Assembly (NCBI GenBank): GCA_963716395.1
Contig: OY970309.1
Span: 1,376,001 to 1,440,000 of the forward strand
DNA from: an uncultured Fibrobacteria bacterium
GTDB taxonomy: Bacteria > Fibrobacterota > Fibrobacteria > UBA11236
Length of the DNA: 64,000 nt
Direction: 5' to 3'
The notes beneath the pieces were generated by a model. It saw only the letters and a list, made by a program, of their open reading frames with translations. It ran no database searches and was not told the DNA's origin. Numbering within the stretch: position 1 is the stretch's first letter; every line of letters starts with the position of its first letter. Shown here one piece after another: positions 41,665 to 52,970 of the stretch. The position numbers and the translations under genes are program-made.

Positions 41665-43947
41665 ATGAATGATCCGAAGAAAAAAGCCGCGCCCCGGCCG
41701 GCGCCCGGACGCAAACCGGCGGTGCGATCTCAAGCCGGGACGGAATTGAAAACGCAGAAAAAATCGCCGACGTCCGAACGCCCGTTGCACGCTTATCTGG
41801 CCGAGGTTTCCGAGCAAACCGATATTCGCGTGGGCATGCCGCTGCCGCTCGGCGCCCGCGCCTTGGGCGAAGGCGTGAACTTCGCCTTCTTCAGCCGCAG
41901 CGCCACCCGTGTGCGCCTGGAATTGTTCGCCCAACCGGGGGATTCGGCGCCGACGCAGGCGCTGGATTTGGATCCCGTGCGCCATCGCACCGGCGATGTG
42001 TGGCATATCTGGATCAAAGGCCTCAAGTCTGGGCAATTGTACGGATTTCGCGTCGACGGGCCTTATCAGCCGGAGAACGGCCTGCGGTTCAATTTCAACC
42101 GGCTGCTGCTCGATCCCTTTGCCGCGGCCGTAACCCGACTCGACGCCTGGGATTTCGGTACGGCGCTGGGGTACGACCCGTCCGCGACCAATGCCGACGG
42201 AGCGCCGGCCACCCAGGATGACGCCGGGGGCATGCCGAAATGCATTTACACCCACGACCATTTTAATTGGGGCGAAGACGCGCCGCCCCGGCACCCTTGG
42301 TCGCAAACCATCATCTATGAAACCCATGTGCGCGGCCTCACCGTGCATTCGAGCTCGGGGGTGGAGCATGCGGGAACCTACCGGGGCGTGATGGAAAAAA
42401 TCCCCTATTTGCGGAAACTGGGGGTAACCGCCGTGGAACTCATGCCCGTGCAGGAATTCAATGAACACGAGGGGATGAACGTCAACCCGCTGACCGGCCA
42501 GCCGCTGGGAAATTACTGGGGCTATGATCCCGTGGCGTTTTTGGCGCCCAAAGCCGCCTACAGCAGCGCCGGGGGCGTCGGCCAGCAAAAGCTGGAATTC
42601 AAGGAAATGGTGCAGGCCTTGCATGCGGCCGGGATCGAGGTGATCCTCGACGTGGTTTTCAACCACACGGCCGAAGGCAACGAAATGGGGCCCACGCTTT
42701 CGTTCCGCGGCATCGAAAACGAAATCTTCTACCTGCTCGGCGGCGATGCGCGGACCTACAAAGACTACACCGGCACCGGCAATACCCTCAATGCCAACCA
42801 CCCCGTGGTGCGCGATCAGATTCTCGGGGCCCTGCGCCACTGGGTGGTGGAAATGCATGTCGACGGATTCCGCTTCGATCTGGCCTCGGTGCTCGACCGC
42901 GACGAAAACGGAAATCTCCTGGCCGACGCGCCGGTGCTCGAACGCATCGCCGAAGATCCGATTCTCCGGGATACGAAGATCATCGCCGAAGCCTGGGACG
43001 CCGCGGGAGCCTATCAGGTGGGCAGTTTCTCCGAGTGCCGCTGGTCGGAATGGAACGGCCGTTATCGCGACGACGTGCGGCGATTCTGGCGCGGCGACGA
43101 CGGAATGCTGGGAGCGTTCGCGCAGCGCCTGTGCGGCAGCGCCGACATCTACGCCAATTCGGGCAAGGGTCCTGAATCCAGCATCAATTTCATCACCTGC
43201 CACGACGGCTTCACCTTGCGCGATTTGGTGAGCTACGGGCAAAAACACAACGAAGCCAACGGCCTGGGTAACACCGACGGAACCGACGCCAATTATTCCG
43301 ACAATCACGGGGACGAGGGCGAGACGCAGGACGCGGGCATCACGGCCGTGCGCACACGCCAGATCAAAAATTTCCTGCTGACCCTGTTCGTGTCACGCGG
43401 CGTACCCATGCTGCTGGGCGGCGATGAATTCGGCCGCACCCAGGGCGGCAACAATAATGCCTATTGCCAGGACAACGAAACCAGTTGGTATGACTGGAAT
43501 CTGCTGGCAGAAAACCAGGAAATCTTCCGCTTCGCCTGCGGCCTCATCGCCTTGCGCCAGGCGCATCCGGTGTTCAGTGCGGAGCAATTTTACGCCGACG
43601 CCGACATTCAGTGGTTCGATCCTCAGGGCGGCGCGCCCCACTGGGCCGATGCGGGCGCCAAGGACTTCGGTTGTTTTGTCCGCGAAGAGGGGCCGAACGG
43701 GCTGTGCCTGCTGTTCAACGCCGGCGCCGGATCGCTCGACTTCGTATTGCCGCCCCTGCCCGCGGGAGCGGGATGGTTTCGGGTCGCCGATACCGCCGGC
43801 GTAACGCCGCAGGATTTTTTCGCCGCCGGGGAAGAACCGTCCTACGCCGCCGCGACCTACCCGCTCGGTCCCCAAACCAGCGTCATCCTGCTCGCGCGCC
43901 CGGCGAACCCGCCGGTGGCGACGGCGGCGCGTCGGAGAAAGAAGTGA
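41665..43947 (+). CDS. glgX: Glycogen debranching enzyme GlgX (GH13)
   Basis: AAGGAG RBS; NYWGY, DVVFNHTAEG, DGFRFDLA, AEAWD, CHDGFTL, GNNNAYCQDN. Confidence 0.95.
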   Translation: MNDPKKKAAPRPAPGRKPAVRSQAGTELKTQKKSPTSERPLHAYLAEVSEQTDIRVGMPLPLGARALGEGVNFAFFSRSATRVRLELFAQPGDSAPTQALDLDPVRHRTGDVWHIWIKGLKSGQLYGFRVDGPYQPENGLRFNFNRLLLDPFAAAVTRLDAWDFGTALGYDPSATNADGAPATQDDAGGMPKCIYTHDHFNWGEDAPPRHPWSQTIIYETHVRGLTVHSSSGVEHAGTYRGVMEKIPYLRKLGVTAVELMPVQEFNEHEGMNVNPLTGQPLGNYWGYDPVAFLAPKAAYSSAGGVGQQKLEFKEMVQALHAAGIEVILDVVFNHTAEGNEMGPTLSFRGIENEIFYLLGGDARTYKDYTGTGNTLNANHPVVRDQILGALRHWVVEMHVDGFRFDLASVLDRDENGNLLADAPVLERIAEDPILRDTKIIAEAWDAAGAYQVGSFSECRWSEWNGRYRDDVRRFWRGDDGMLGAFAQRLCGSADIYANSGKGPESSINFITCHDGFTLRDLVSYGQKHNEANGLGNTDGTDANYSDNHGDEGETQDAGITAVRTRQIKNFLLTLFVSRGVPMLLGGDEFGRTQGGNNNAYCQDNETSWYDWNLLAENQEIFRFACGLIALRQAHPVFSAEQFYADADIQWFDPQGGAPHWADAGAKDFGCFVREEGPNGLCLLFNAGAGSLDFVLPPLPAGAGWFRVADTAGVTPQDFFAAGEEPSYAAATYPLGPQTSVILLARPANPPVATAARRRKK

Positions 43948-44564
43948 AACACGCGACACCAATCACAACGTTGTTTTTTGATATCGGCGGCGTGCTGCTC
44001 ACCAACGGCTGGGATCACCATGCCCGCCGGCGCGCGGCCCGGCATTTTCACCTCGACCGGAGCGAGATGGAAGAGCGCCATGTGCTGAACTTCGACACCT
44101 ACGAGGAGGGAAAAGTCGGGTTGAACGATTATCTGTCCCGGGTCGTTTTCTATAAGCAGCGATCCTTCACGCCCGCGCAGTTCCGGCAATTCATGTTCGC
44201 CCAATCCAAACCCTATCCTGATATGCTTGAACTGGCCAAACAGCTCAAGGCCCGCCACGGGTTGAAAATCGTGGTCGTGAGCAATGAAGGCCGCGAATTG
44301 AATGCGCACCGGATTGAAAAGTTTCGTCTGAACCAATTCGTCGACGCCTTCGTTTCCTCCTGCTTCGTGCATGTGCGCAAACCCGACGTCGACATTTTTC
44401 GTTTGGCGCTCGACATCGCCCAGACCCCGGCGCGGGCCGTGTTCTATATCGAGAACACCGCGATGTTCATTGAAGTCGCCGAAGGTCTGGGCATCCGCAG
44501 CCATCTGCATACCGATTTCCAATCCACCCGTGCCCGGCTGGCGGCATTGGGGTTGAAGGAATAG
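43944..44564 (+). CDS. HAD-family phosphatase
   Basis: GTG overlapping the glgX stop; FFDIGGVLL, SN and RKPD motifs. Confidence 0.88.
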   Translation: MKHATPITTLFFDIGGVLLTNGWDHHARRRAARHFHLDRSEMEERHVLNFDTYEEGKVGLNDYLSRVVFYKQRSFTPAQFRQFMFAQSKPYPDMLELAKQLKARHGLKIVVVSNEGRELNAHRIEKFRLNQFVDAFVSSCFVHVRKPDVDIFRLALDIAQTPARAVFYIENTAMFIEVAEGLGIRSHLHTDFQSTRARLAALGLKE

Positions 44565-44570
44565 ACGCCC

Positions 44571-45764
44571 ATGCTTCCGGCGGACGGCATTCTGACGTTC
44601 AACGGCGGCTCGTCCAGCATTCGCTTCGCGCTGTTCCAAGCCGGCACGAACCCGCAGCGCGGGCTTTCAGGAAAAATCGACCGCATCGGGTCGAAAGAGG
44701 CGCAGTTCGAATTCACCGAATCGGATTCGCAGTCACCCGAAAGCCGCAAGGTCGGTGCATTCGACTTCGCCGCGGCCGCCAGTTTTCTGCTCGACTGGCT
44801 GGAAGCGCGCGGCAGCCTCGCGGCAGTGGGCGGCATCGGGCATCGGGTGGTGCACGGCATGCGGCATGCCGCGCCGGAACGGGTCACGCCGGAGCTCGTC
44901 GCCGAGTTGCGCGGCTACATTCCCTACGATCCGGAACATCTGCCGCTGGAAATCGAATTGATCGAAGCCTGCCACCGCCGGCATCCGCACTTGCCGCAAG
45001 TGGTTTGTTTCGACACTGCGTTTCACGCCGGCATGCCGCGTGTCGCGAAGATGTTACCGATACCGCGAAGTTACGAGGCCAAAGGCGTCCACCGCTACGG
45101 CTTTCACGGCCTGTCGTATGCGTATCTGCTGCAAGAGCTCGCGCGCCGCGGCGATCCGGCGGCCGTCCGCGGCCGGGTGATTCTGGCGCATCTCGGCAAC
45201 GGCGCCAGCCTGGCCGCGGTGCGCGACGGGCAAAGCCTCGACACCAGCATGGGGTTTACGCCCGCGTCGGGATTGATGATGGGCACCCGTTCGGGCGACC
45301 TGGATCCCGGGCTGGTCGGTTATCTCGCCCGCACCGAACACATGACGGCCGCGCAATTCCATGAACTGGCCAACCACCGCAGCGGTCTCTTGGGCGTTTC
45401 CGAAACCGGTTCCGATGTGCGCGACCTGCTCGCCGCCGAAGCCGAAGACGCGCGCGCCGCCGAAGCCGTGGCGTTGTTCTGCTACCAGGCGAAAAAGTGG
45501 ATCGGCGCTTTTGCCGCCGTTCTCGGCGGCCTCGACACCTTGGTATTCGCCGGCGGCATCGGCGAAAACGCGCCGGTGATCCGCGCGCGCATCTGCGCCG
45601 GGCTGGAATTTTTGGGAATCGCCATCGACGACGGGCGAAACCGGGAGAATGCCGACGTGATTTCCCCGGCGGCGGGCCGGGTGGCGGTGCGCGTCGTCCG
45701 CACCGACGAAGAATTCATCCTGGCGCAAACCACGGGCCGCGTCTTGGGCCTCGAGCGAAACTGA
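44571..45764 (+). CDS. ackA: Acetate/propionate kinase
   Basis: NGGSSS, GHRVVHG, FDTAFH, YGFHGLS, HLGNGAS, GTRSGD, GGIGEN, TDEE. Confidence 0.94.
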   Translation: MLPADGILTFNGGSSSIRFALFQAGTNPQRGLSGKIDRIGSKEAQFEFTESDSQSPESRKVGAFDFAAAASFLLDWLEARGSLAAVGGIGHRVVHGMRHAAPERVTPELVAELRGYIPYDPEHLPLEIELIEACHRRHPHLPQVVCFDTAFHAGMPRVAKMLPIPRSYEAKGVHRYGFHGLSYAYLLQELARRGDPAAVRGRVILAHLGNGASLAAVRDGQSLDTSMGFTPASGLMMGTRSGDLDPGLVGYLARTEHMTAAQFHELANHRSGLLGVSETGSDVRDLLAAEAEDARAAEAVALFCYQAKKWIGAFAAVLGGLDTLVFAGGIGENAPVIRARICAGLEFLGIAIDDGRNRENADVISPAAGRVAVRVVRTDEEFILAQTTGRVLGLERN

Positions 45765-45789
45765 AAACAAGCATGCAAGGAGAACCACG

Positions 45790-48159
45790 ATGTCTGAAAA
45801 AACCCTGACCCCGGATCTACTCCGCAAGCTGGACGCCTATTGGCGCGCCGCCAATTACCTGTCGGTGGGCCAGATTTATCTCTACGACAATCCGCTGTTG
45901 CAGCGCCCGCTGGCGCTGGCCGATGTGAAGCACATGCTGCTCGGGCATTGGGGCACCACGCCGGGCCAGAACTTCATCTACGCGCATTTGAACCGCGCCA
46001 TCAAAAAATTCGATCTCGATATGATTTATATCTCCGGCCCGGGGCATGGCGGTCCGGCCGTGGTGGCCAATACCTATCTCGAAGGTACCTACAGCGAAAT
46101 TTATCCCGACATCAGCCAGGATGAAGCCGGACTGCGCAAACTGTTCCTGCAGTTTTCTTTTCCCGGCGGCATTCCCAGCCACGCGTCGCCGGAATGCCCA
46201 GGATCGATCCACGAGGGCGGCGAATTGGGTTATTCGCTCAGCCACGCCTTCGGGGCGGTGTTCGACAACCCTTCGCTCCTCGTGGCTTGCGTGGTCGGAG
46301 ACGGCGAAGCCGAAACCGGACCCTTGGCCACGGCCTGGCATTCCAACAAATTCCTGAATCCGGCCGCCGACGGTGCGGTGTTGCCCATTCTGCATCTCAA
46401 CGGCTACAAGATCGCCAATCCCACGGTGCTGGCTCGCATCACGCACGAAGAATTGGATCAGTTACTGCGCGGTTACGGGTGGTCCCCCCTGTTCGTCGAA
46501 GGCCACGAACCCGCCCTGATGCACGAAGCCATGGCGACGGCGCTGGATCAGGCCGTGGGCCAAATCCAGGCCATTCAGCACGAGGCCCGCGCGCACGGCC
46601 AGACCGCGCGGCCACGCTGGCCCCTGATCGTGCTCAAATCGCCTAAAGGCTGGACCGGGCCGAAAGTAGTCGACGGGCGCGTGATCGAAGGCAATTTTCG
46701 TTCGCACCAGGTGCCGCTTTCCGATCCGGCCGCCCACCCCGAGCACCTGAAGTTGCTGGAGGAGTGGCTGCGGAGTTACCGTCCCGAGGAGCTTTTCGAT
46801 GCGCAGGGAAGGCTGAATTCGGAGTTGGCCGAACTCGCGCCCCGAGGGGAACGGCGCATGGGCGCGAATCCCCATGCCAACGGCGGTATACTCCTGCGCG
46901 ATTTGCGCCTGCCGGATTTTCACGCTTATGCGGTGAACGTGACGGCGCCCGGCATCGGCGGCATCGGCGACACCCACGTACTCGGGCCCTTCTTGCGCGA
47001 TGTGGTGAAGCTGAACGCGCCGCAAAAAAATTTCCGGGTGTTCGGGCCGGATGAATCGCTTTCCAATGGCCTGGAAGCGCTGTTTGCAGAGACCAACCGC
47101 CAGTGGAACGCCGCCACGATCCCGCAAGACGAGTTTCTCGCGCCGACGGGGCGCGTGATGGAAATGCTCAGCGAGCACCAATGCGAGGGGTGGCTCGAAG
47201 GTTACCTGCTCACGGGCCGGCACGGGCTGTTCAACTGCTACGAGGCTTTCATCCACATCGTCGACTCGATGTTCAACCAGCACGCCAAGTGGCTGAAGGT
47301 CACGGCGCGCCTGAACTGGCGGCGGAAAATCGCGTCGCTCAATTATCTGCTGGCCTCGCATGTGTGGCGCCAGGATCACAACGGCTTCACCCACCAGGAT
47401 CCGGGCTTCATCGATCACGTGGTGAACAAGAAGGCCGAGGTGGTGCGCGTCTATCTGCCGCCCGACGCCAATTGCCTGCTGTCGGTGATCGACCATTGCC
47501 TGCGCAGCCGCCACGAAGTCAACGTGGTGGTGGCGGGCAAACATCCCGCGCCGCAATGGCTTTCCATGGATGCTGCCGTCAAGCACTGCACCGAAGGCAT
47601 CGGTATCTGGGGTTGGGCCAGCAACGATCAGGGTGTCGCGCCCGACGTGGTCATGGCTTGCTGCGGCGATGTGCCCACGCTGGAGACGCTGGCCGCGGTT
47701 TCCATTCTGCGCGCGCATTTGCCCGAATTGAAAATCCGGGTCATCAACGTCGTGGATTTGATGCGGCTGCAGCCGCATACCGAGCACCCGCACGGTTTGA
47801 ACGGCACGGATTTCGACGAACTCTTCACCAAAAACAAACCCGTGATCTTCGCCTTCCATGCCTATCCCTGGCTTATCCACCGGCTGACGTACCGCCGCAC
47901 CAACCACGACAACTTCCATGTGCGCGGCTACAAGGAAGAAGGCACTATCACCACGCCGTTCGACATGACGGTGCTGAACGAATTGGATCGCTATCACCTG
48001 GTGATGGATGCCATCGACCGCCTGCCGCAAACCGGCGAAAAAGGCGTTTACCTGAAACAGCAGATCAAAGACAAACTCATCGAGCATAAGGAATACATTC
48101 GCAAGCACGGCCAAGACATGCCTGAAGTGCGCCATTGGAAATGGGAGGTAACACGATGA
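45790..48159 (+). CDS. xfp: Phosphoketolase (X5P/F6P)
   Basis: [50 protein letters not shown]. Confidence 0.96.
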   Translation: MSEKTLTPDLLRKLDAYWRAANYLSVGQIYLYDNPLLQRPLALADVKHMLLGHWGTTPGQNFIYAHLNRAIKKFDLDMIYISGPGHGGPAVVANTYLEGTYSEIYPDISQDEAGLRKLFLQFSFPGGIPSHASPECPGSIHEGGELGYSLSHAFGAVFDNPSLLVACVVGDGEAETGPLATAWHSNKFLNPAADGAVLPILHLNGYKIANPTVLARITHEELDQLLRGYGWSPLFVEGHEPALMHEAMATALDQAVGQIQAIQHEARAHGQTARPRWPLIVLKSPKGWTGPKVVDGRVIEGNFRSHQVPLSDPAAHPEHLKLLEEWLRSYRPEELFDAQGRLNSELAELAPRGERRMGANPHANGGILLRDLRLPDFHAYAVNVTAPGIGGIGDTHVLGPFLRDVVKLNAPQKNFRVFGPDESLSNGLEALFAETNRQWNAATIPQDEFLAPTGRVMEMLSEHQCEGWLEGYLLTGRHGLFNCYEAFIHIVDSMFNQHAKWLKVTARLNWRRKIASLNYLLASHVWRQDHNGFTHQDPGFIDHVVNKKAEVVRVYLPPDANCLLSVIDHCLRSRHEVNVVVAGKHPAPQWLSMDAAVKHCTEGIGIWGWASNDQGVAPDVVMACCGDVPTLETLAAVSILRAHLPELKIRVINVVDLMRLQPHTEHPHGLNGTDFDELFTKNKPVIFAFHAYPWLIHRLTYRRTNHDNFHVRGYKEEGTITTPFDMTVLNELDRYHLVMDAIDRLPQTGEKGVYLKQQIKDKLIEHKEYIRKHGQDMPEVRHWKWEVTR

Positions 48160-49208
48160 ATACCATGAATTCCGTTCCGACCCCGCCGATAAACGCCCAG
48201 CTCCGGGAGACGGCACAAACCATGTTTCAGGACGGCAAGGGATTGCTGGCCATGGACGAAAGCAATCCCACCTGCCACCGGCGCTTCGCCAAGCTGGGGA
48301 TTCCCCAAACCGAAGAGGCGCGCCGCGCTTACCGCGAGCTCATCGTCACCGCGCCCGGCCTTGCCGCCTCCATCGGCGGCGCCATCCTCTACGACGAAAC
48401 CCTGCGGCAAAAAACGCGCGCCGGTGTTCCCTTCGTGAAGGTGCTGGAGGCGGCGGGCATTGTTCCCGGCATCAAGGTCGACGGCGGGGCCAAGGATATG
48501 GCGGGTCATGCGGGAGAAAAAATCACCGAAGGCCTTGACGGCTTGCGCGACCGCCTGCAGGAGTATGCCGGGTTGGGAGCGCGGTTCGCCAAATGGCGCG
48601 CGGTGATCGCCGTCGACGAGCGCCTGCCCAGCCGCGGTTGCATCGAGGCGAACGCCCATGCCCTGGCCCGCTATGCCGCCTTATGCCAGGAAGCGGGGCT
48701 GGTACCCATGGTCGAACCGGAAGTGCTGATGGACGGCGAGCATACCCTGGCGCGTTGCCGCGAGGTAACCGAAGAGGTACAGCATTCGGTGTTCCACCGG
48801 CTGGTGCGGCAAGGGGTGCTGCTCGAAGGCGTAATTCTGAAACCAAACATGGTGGTGCCGGGATTGGCCTGCCCCGAACAGGCTTCGGTCGAAGACGTGG
48901 CCGACGCCACGGTGGAATGTCTGCGGCGCACCGTTCCCGCGGCCGTTCCCGCCATCGCCTTTTTGTCGGGCGGCCAACCCGCGGTAGCGGCGTCGGCGCG
49001 TTTGCAGGCCATGAACGTACGATTCCAAGAGAGATTGCCTTGGGCCTTGGGATTTTCGTTCTCCCGCGCCATCCAGCAACCGGCCCTGGAAATTTGGCAG
49101 GGCCGCGAAGCCAATGTGGCGGCGGCACAGAAAGCCCTGGTGCACCGGGCCGCGTGTAATCAGGCCGCGCGCCGCGGCGAATATAACGCCCAGATGGAGA
49201 AGGCATGA
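48156..49208 (+). CDS. Class I fructose-bisphosphate aldolase (eukaryote-like type)
   Basis: ATGA coupling; [41 protein letters not shown]. Confidence 0.93.
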   Translation: MNTMNSVPTPPINAQLRETAQTMFQDGKGLLAMDESNPTCHRRFAKLGIPQTEEARRAYRELIVTAPGLAASIGGAILYDETLRQKTRAGVPFVKVLEAAGIVPGIKVDGGAKDMAGHAGEKITEGLDGLRDRLQEYAGLGARFAKWRAVIAVDERLPSRGCIEANAHALARYAALCQEAGLVPMVEPEVLMDGEHTLARCREVTEEVQHSVFHRLVRQGVLLEGVILKPNMVVPGLACPEQASVEDVADATVECLRRTVPAAVPAIAFLSGGQPAVAASARLQAMNVRFQERLPWALGFSFSRAIQQPALEIWQGREANVAAAQKALVHRAACNQAARRGEYNAQMEKA

Positions 49209-51739
49209 GTGAACTTTTAAGCGAAGACGGGAGAGCGGGTATGCCGAAAGCGAACAACGAAACCGAAACGAAATCCGACGCGGAAACCGGGGCCAAAGAT
49301 GATTTGAAAAGCATGCCGTTGCCGGAACTGCAGAAAAAATTGGCGTGTTCCTCCGACGGGCTCAGCGCCGCCGAGGCCGGGAAGCGGTTGGCGGAATACG
49401 GACCGAATGCGATCCAAGAGAAGAAGACCAATCCGCTGCTGAAATTCCTTTCCTATTTCTGGGGACCGATCCCGTGGATGATCGAAGGGGCGGTGATTCT
49501 GTCGGGCCTGGTGCGGCATTGGGCGGATTTTTTCATCATCCTCGTCCTGCTTTTTTCCAACGCCGTGGTGGGATTCTGGGAAGAAAGCCAGGCGGGCAAC
49601 GCCATTGCGGCGCTCAAAGCCAAGCTGGCGATCAAAGCCCGGGTCAGACGCGACGGCCAATGGACCACGGCTCCGGCGGCCGAACTGGTGCCGGGCGACG
49701 TCATTCGCGTGCGCCTGGGCGATATCGTGCCCGCCGATGCGCGCTTGCTCGACGGCGACCCGGTCGAGGTGGATCAATCCGCCTTGACGGGAGAGTCGCT
49801 GCCCGCCGAGCGCAAAGCGGGCGAAGCGGTGTTTTCGGGATCGATTATCCGCCAGGGAGAAAGCGGCGCCTTGGTGTATGCCACCGGATCGAAAACCTAT
49901 TTCGGCAAGACGGCGCAATTGATGCAAGAGGCGCATACCGTCAGCCACTTTCAGAAGGCGGTTTTGAAAATCGGCAATTACCTGATCATCCTGGCCGTGG
50001 TTTTGGTGGCCATCATCATCGCCGTGGCCGTGTTCCGCGGCGACCGTTTGCTGACCACCCTGCAATTCGCCTTGGTGCTGACCGTGGCGGCCATTCCCGT
50101 GGCCATGCCCACCGTGCTGTCGGTGACCATGGCGGTGGGGGCGCGCCTGCTGGCGAAAAAACAGGCCATCGTCAGCCGCCTGGTGGCCATCGAGGAATTG
50201 GCGGGCGTCGATGTTTTGTGTTCGGATAAAACCGGCACCTTGACCCAGAACAAGCTGACCTTGGGCGACGCCTTCGCGGTTTCCGGGGTGACGGACGACG
50301 AGGTGATTCTCAATGCGTCGCTGGCCTCGCGCGCGGAAAACAATGACACCATCGATTTGGCCGTACTGGGAGGGTTGAAGAATCCGAAGGTATTGCAGGA
50401 TTACCAGGTGACGCATTTTCAGCCTTTTGATCCGGTGCACAAACGCACCGAAGCCTCGGTGCGGGGCGGCGAGGGACGTAACTTCAAAGTTACGAAAGGC
50501 GCGCCCCAGGTGATTTTGGAGTTGTCGGCCAATGTCGGCGAGGTGCGGGCGCATGTACAAAAGGCGGTGGCCGAATTCGCCGCGCGCGGCTTTCGGTCTT
50601 TGGGTGTGGCGCGCGCCGAGGGGGACGGGGCCTGGAAATTCCTGGGCGTACTGCCGCTGTTCGATCCGCCCCGCGACGATGCCAAAGACACCATCGCCAC
50701 CGCCCGGAACATGGGCGTGCATGTCAAGATGGTGACCGGCGACCAATTGGCCATCGCCCAGGAAACCGCCAAAAAGCTGGGGTTGGGCGCGAACATTCTC
50801 GATGCCGCGGGCATGGGCGATTCAAAACGCACCGAAACCGAGGCGGTGGCCGATTCCATCGAAAAGGCGGATGGATTCGCGCAGGTTTTTCCCGAGCACA
50901 AATTCCACATCGTCGACATGCTGCAGAAGCGGGGACATATCGTGGGCATGACCGGCGACGGCGTGAACGACGCGCCCGCGCTCAAGAAAGCCGATTGCGG
51001 GATCGCCGTTTCGGGCGCCACCGATGCGGCGCGCGCCGCGGCCGACATCGTGTTGATGACGCCCGGCCTGTCGGTGATCATCGACGCCGTCAAGGAAAGC
51101 CGGAAAATTTTTCAGCGCATGAACAGCTACGCCATCTACCGCATCGCCGAAACCATCCGGGTGTTGTTTTTCATGACCCTCTCCATTTTGATTTTCAATT
51201 TCTATCCCGTCACCGCGGTGATGATCGTACTCTTGGCCCTGCTGAACGACGGCCCCATCCTAGCCATCGCCTACGACAACGTCCACTACAAAAACGATCC
51301 CGAGGCCTGGAACATGCGCCTGGTACTCCGCATCTCCACGGTGCTGGGCATCGCCGGAGTGGTGGCTTCTTTTATGCTCTTCTATCTGGCGGAAAAGGTG
51401 TTCCATCTCGGCCCCGCGGCCATTCAAACCTTCATGTTTCTCAAGCTCGCGGTGGCCGGCCATTTGACCATTTTCATCACGCGGACGCGCGGTCCGTTCT
51501 GGTCCATCGCCCCGGCGCCGGTATTGTTCTGGTCGGCGATAGGTTCGAAGCTGTTGGCGACGGTGGTGGCGGTTTACGGGGTGCTCATGACCCCGATCGG
51601 GTGGAAATGGACCTTGATCATTTGGGGGTATGCCTTGGTCTGGGCATTAGTGAACGACCGGTTGAAGTTGATGGCCTATCGCTTTTTCGATCGGCCCAAA
51701 TCTCCCCGGCCGGCCTTGGCGGCGCAGGCCGCAGCCTAG
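49205..51739 (+). CDS. Plasma-membrane-type (P3A) proton-efflux P-type ATPase
   Basis: FWGPIPWMIE, LTGES, IPVAMP, CSDKTGTLT, PFDPV, TGDGVNDAP, LLNDG. Confidence 0.93.
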   Translation: MSELLSEDGRAGMPKANNETETKSDAETGAKDDLKSMPLPELQKKLACSSDGLSAAEAGKRLAEYGPNAIQEKKTNPLLKFLSYFWGPIPWMIEGAVILSGLVRHWADFFIILVLLFSNAVVGFWEESQAGNAIAALKAKLAIKARVRRDGQWTTAPAAELVPGDVIRVRLGDIVPADARLLDGDPVEVDQSALTGESLPAERKAGEAVFSGSIIRQGESGALVYATGSKTYFGKTAQLMQEAHTVSHFQKAVLKIGNYLIILAVVLVAIIIAVAVFRGDRLLTTLQFALVLTVAAIPVAMPTVLSVTMAVGARLLAKKQAIVSRLVAIEELAGVDVLCSDKTGTLTQNKLTLGDAFAVSGVTDDEVILNASLASRAENNDTIDLAVLGGLKNPKVLQDYQVTHFQPFDPVHKRTEASVRGGEGRNFKVTKGAPQVILELSANVGEVRAHVQKAVAEFAARGFRSLGVARAEGDGAWKFLGVLPLFDPPRDDAKDTIATARNMGVHVKMVTGDQLAIAQETAKKLGLGANILDAAGMGDSKRTETEAVADSIEKADGFAQVFPEHKFHIVDMLQKRGHIVGMTGDGVNDAPALKKADCGIAVSGATDAARAAADIVLMTPGLSVIIDAVKESRKIFQRMNSYAIYRIAETIRVLFFMTLSILIFNFYPVTAVMIVLLALLNDGPILAIAYDNVHYKNDPEAWNMRLVLRISTVLGIAGVVASFMLFYLAEKVFHLGPAAIQTFMFLKLAVAGHLTIFITRTRGPFWSIAPAPVLFWSAIGSKLLATVVAVYGVLMTPIGWKWTLIIWGYALVWALVNDRLKLMAYRFFDRPKSPRPALAAQAAA

Positions 51740-51828
51740 CTCGCGTCTTTCACCGGCGGGCTGCGGGGTGGTTCCTTTGCCCCGGGTTTCCGGGAGGCGC
51801 AGGGTTCAAGTTAAATTGAACTCCTCGC

Positions 51829-51904
51829 GGGGCCATAGCTCAGTTGGTAGAGCGCCTGCTTTGCACGCAGGAGGCCAGGAGTTCGACTCTCCTTGGCTCC
51901 ACCA
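51829..51904 (+). tRNA. tRNA-Ala (anticodon UGC)
   Basis: 76 nt, GGGGCCA...TGGCTCCACCA with G3:U70; D-arm, anticodon arm CCTGC-TTTGCAC-GCAGG, GTTCGA T-loop, encoded CCA. Confidence 0.97.
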
Positions 51905-51973
51905 TTTCCAAATCGATCCGGAACCGCGGCCAAAAAAACAAACGAACCTTTCGGGCAGAAAGAGGACGAGGGA

Positions 51974-52396
51974 TTAAGATTCCCAGGGATTCAGGATTTT
52001 CGCGCCCGTCTTCTCGATATCGGCGACATTTCTCGTCACCACGGTAAGGTTGTGGGCGACGGCCGTGGCTCCGATTAATCCGTCCACGGTGGGGATCGCG
52101 ACTCCCTTGGCCTCGGCCTCCCCTTGCATATGGCCCCATGTCTGCGCGATTTCCTCGGTAATCGCCAGGATTCTGCCTCCGAACCGAATACGTAGCTGAG
52201 AATCAAGCCAAGCTTGGAGAGCGGCTTTCCTCTTCATGTCATTGAGTTTGGCGATGCCTTTTTGGATCTCACCCACGGTCAGCACGCTCAGGAAGGTTTG
52301 TTCTTCGTCGCAGTCGACCAACCACTTTGCGACGTTCGGGTCGGGCCTTTTCCGCGACATTTCAGAAACCAGACAGGTGTCCAACAAATACTTCAA
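51974..52396 (-). CDS. vapC: VapC PIN-domain toxin
   Basis: YLLDTCLVSE, LSVLTVGEI, DGLIGATA..HNLTVVTRN. Confidence 0.92.
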   Translation of the reverse strand: MKYLLDTCLVSEMSRKRPDPNVAKWLVDCDEEQTFLSVLTVGEIQKGIAKLNDMKRKAALQAWLDSQLRIRFGGRILAITEEIAQTWGHMQGEAEAKGVAIPTVDGLIGATAVAHNLTVVTRNVADIEKTGAKILNPWES

Positions 52397-52632
52397 AGCC
52401 TTATGTCCCGGGGAAAATCCCGGTTCCTTTCCGTGGAAACCCCCCGGAGGGGGGAAGCGCGAAAGAATTCCGCCAAGTTCCCTTTTCGGCCGATCAGGGC
52501 GCGATAATCCTGCATAGAAAGGATCACGGCGGTTTTGTTGCCATGGCGGGTAATTTCCTGGGGTCCATGGCGAATCGCCTGGTCCACGACTTCACTGAAC
52601 TTGTTCTTTGCTTCTTGCATCTGCCAGTGCAT
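52393..52632 (-). CDS. Phd/YefM-family antitoxin
   Basis: WQMQEAKNKFSEVV..GPQEITRHG..AVILS; overlaps the toxin start. Confidence 0.92.
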   Translation of the reverse strand: MHWQMQEAKNKFSEVVDQAIRHGPQEITRHGNKTAVILSMQDYRALIGRKGNLAEFFRASPLRGVSTERNRDFPRDIRL

Positions 52633-52647
52633 GACACCCTCGCAGTT

Positions 52648-52692
52648 AGTCTAGACTGTCTAGATTATATTCGATTTTATGGCATCCGGCAA
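52648..52692 (-). promoter_or_regulatory. TA promoter with tandem TCTAGA operator palindromes
   Basis: Minus strand TTGCCG (52692-52687), 17-nt spacer, TATAAT (52669-52664); AGTCTAGACT palindrome at 52648-52657 and second TCTAGA at 52659-52664. Confidence 0.7.
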
Positions 52693-52772
52693 GTTTTCCA
52701 GCTTGGTTTCTGCCTTACCTTCGGACCTGGCGGCTCCTGCGCAAGCGGTTTGCGCCGTGCGCCAAACTCCGG

Positions 52773-52820
52773 TTGACGGCGCCGGATTTCAGTATTACCA
52801 TAAATAAATAAGTAATACTG
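52773..52820 (+). promoter_or_regulatory. Promoter overlapped by NikR-type operator
   Basis: TTGACG-N17-TACCAT; perfect inverted repeat CAGTATTAC-N13-GTAATACTG (52790-52820) upstream of the Ni/Co ECF genes, with nikR in the locus. Confidence 0.75.
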
Positions 52821-52970
52821 CCCGTCTCGCCGGCGGGGCGGGCGGCTTACGGATCAAGTGGAATTCGGGGGCTCGCCCATTTTCATTCGGCCCATACTCC
52901 GGCCACTTATGACCAAGTAGTTTTTCGTAATACCCAACGGCTTCGAGAAAGCCCGGGCCGGGAGGCCACC

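Noticed and set aside
39769-51093. Long antisense ORFs (e.g. 39769-41529, 41536-43308, 46462-48216, 49217-50746)
   Set aside because: Shadow frames of well-conserved genes, expected from high GC3 codon bias; no recognisable motifs
52820-52970. NiCo or cobalamin riboswitch in the ECF operon leader
   Set aside because: Hairpins are present, but I could not match conserved riboswitch motifs; the NikR palindrome already explains regulation
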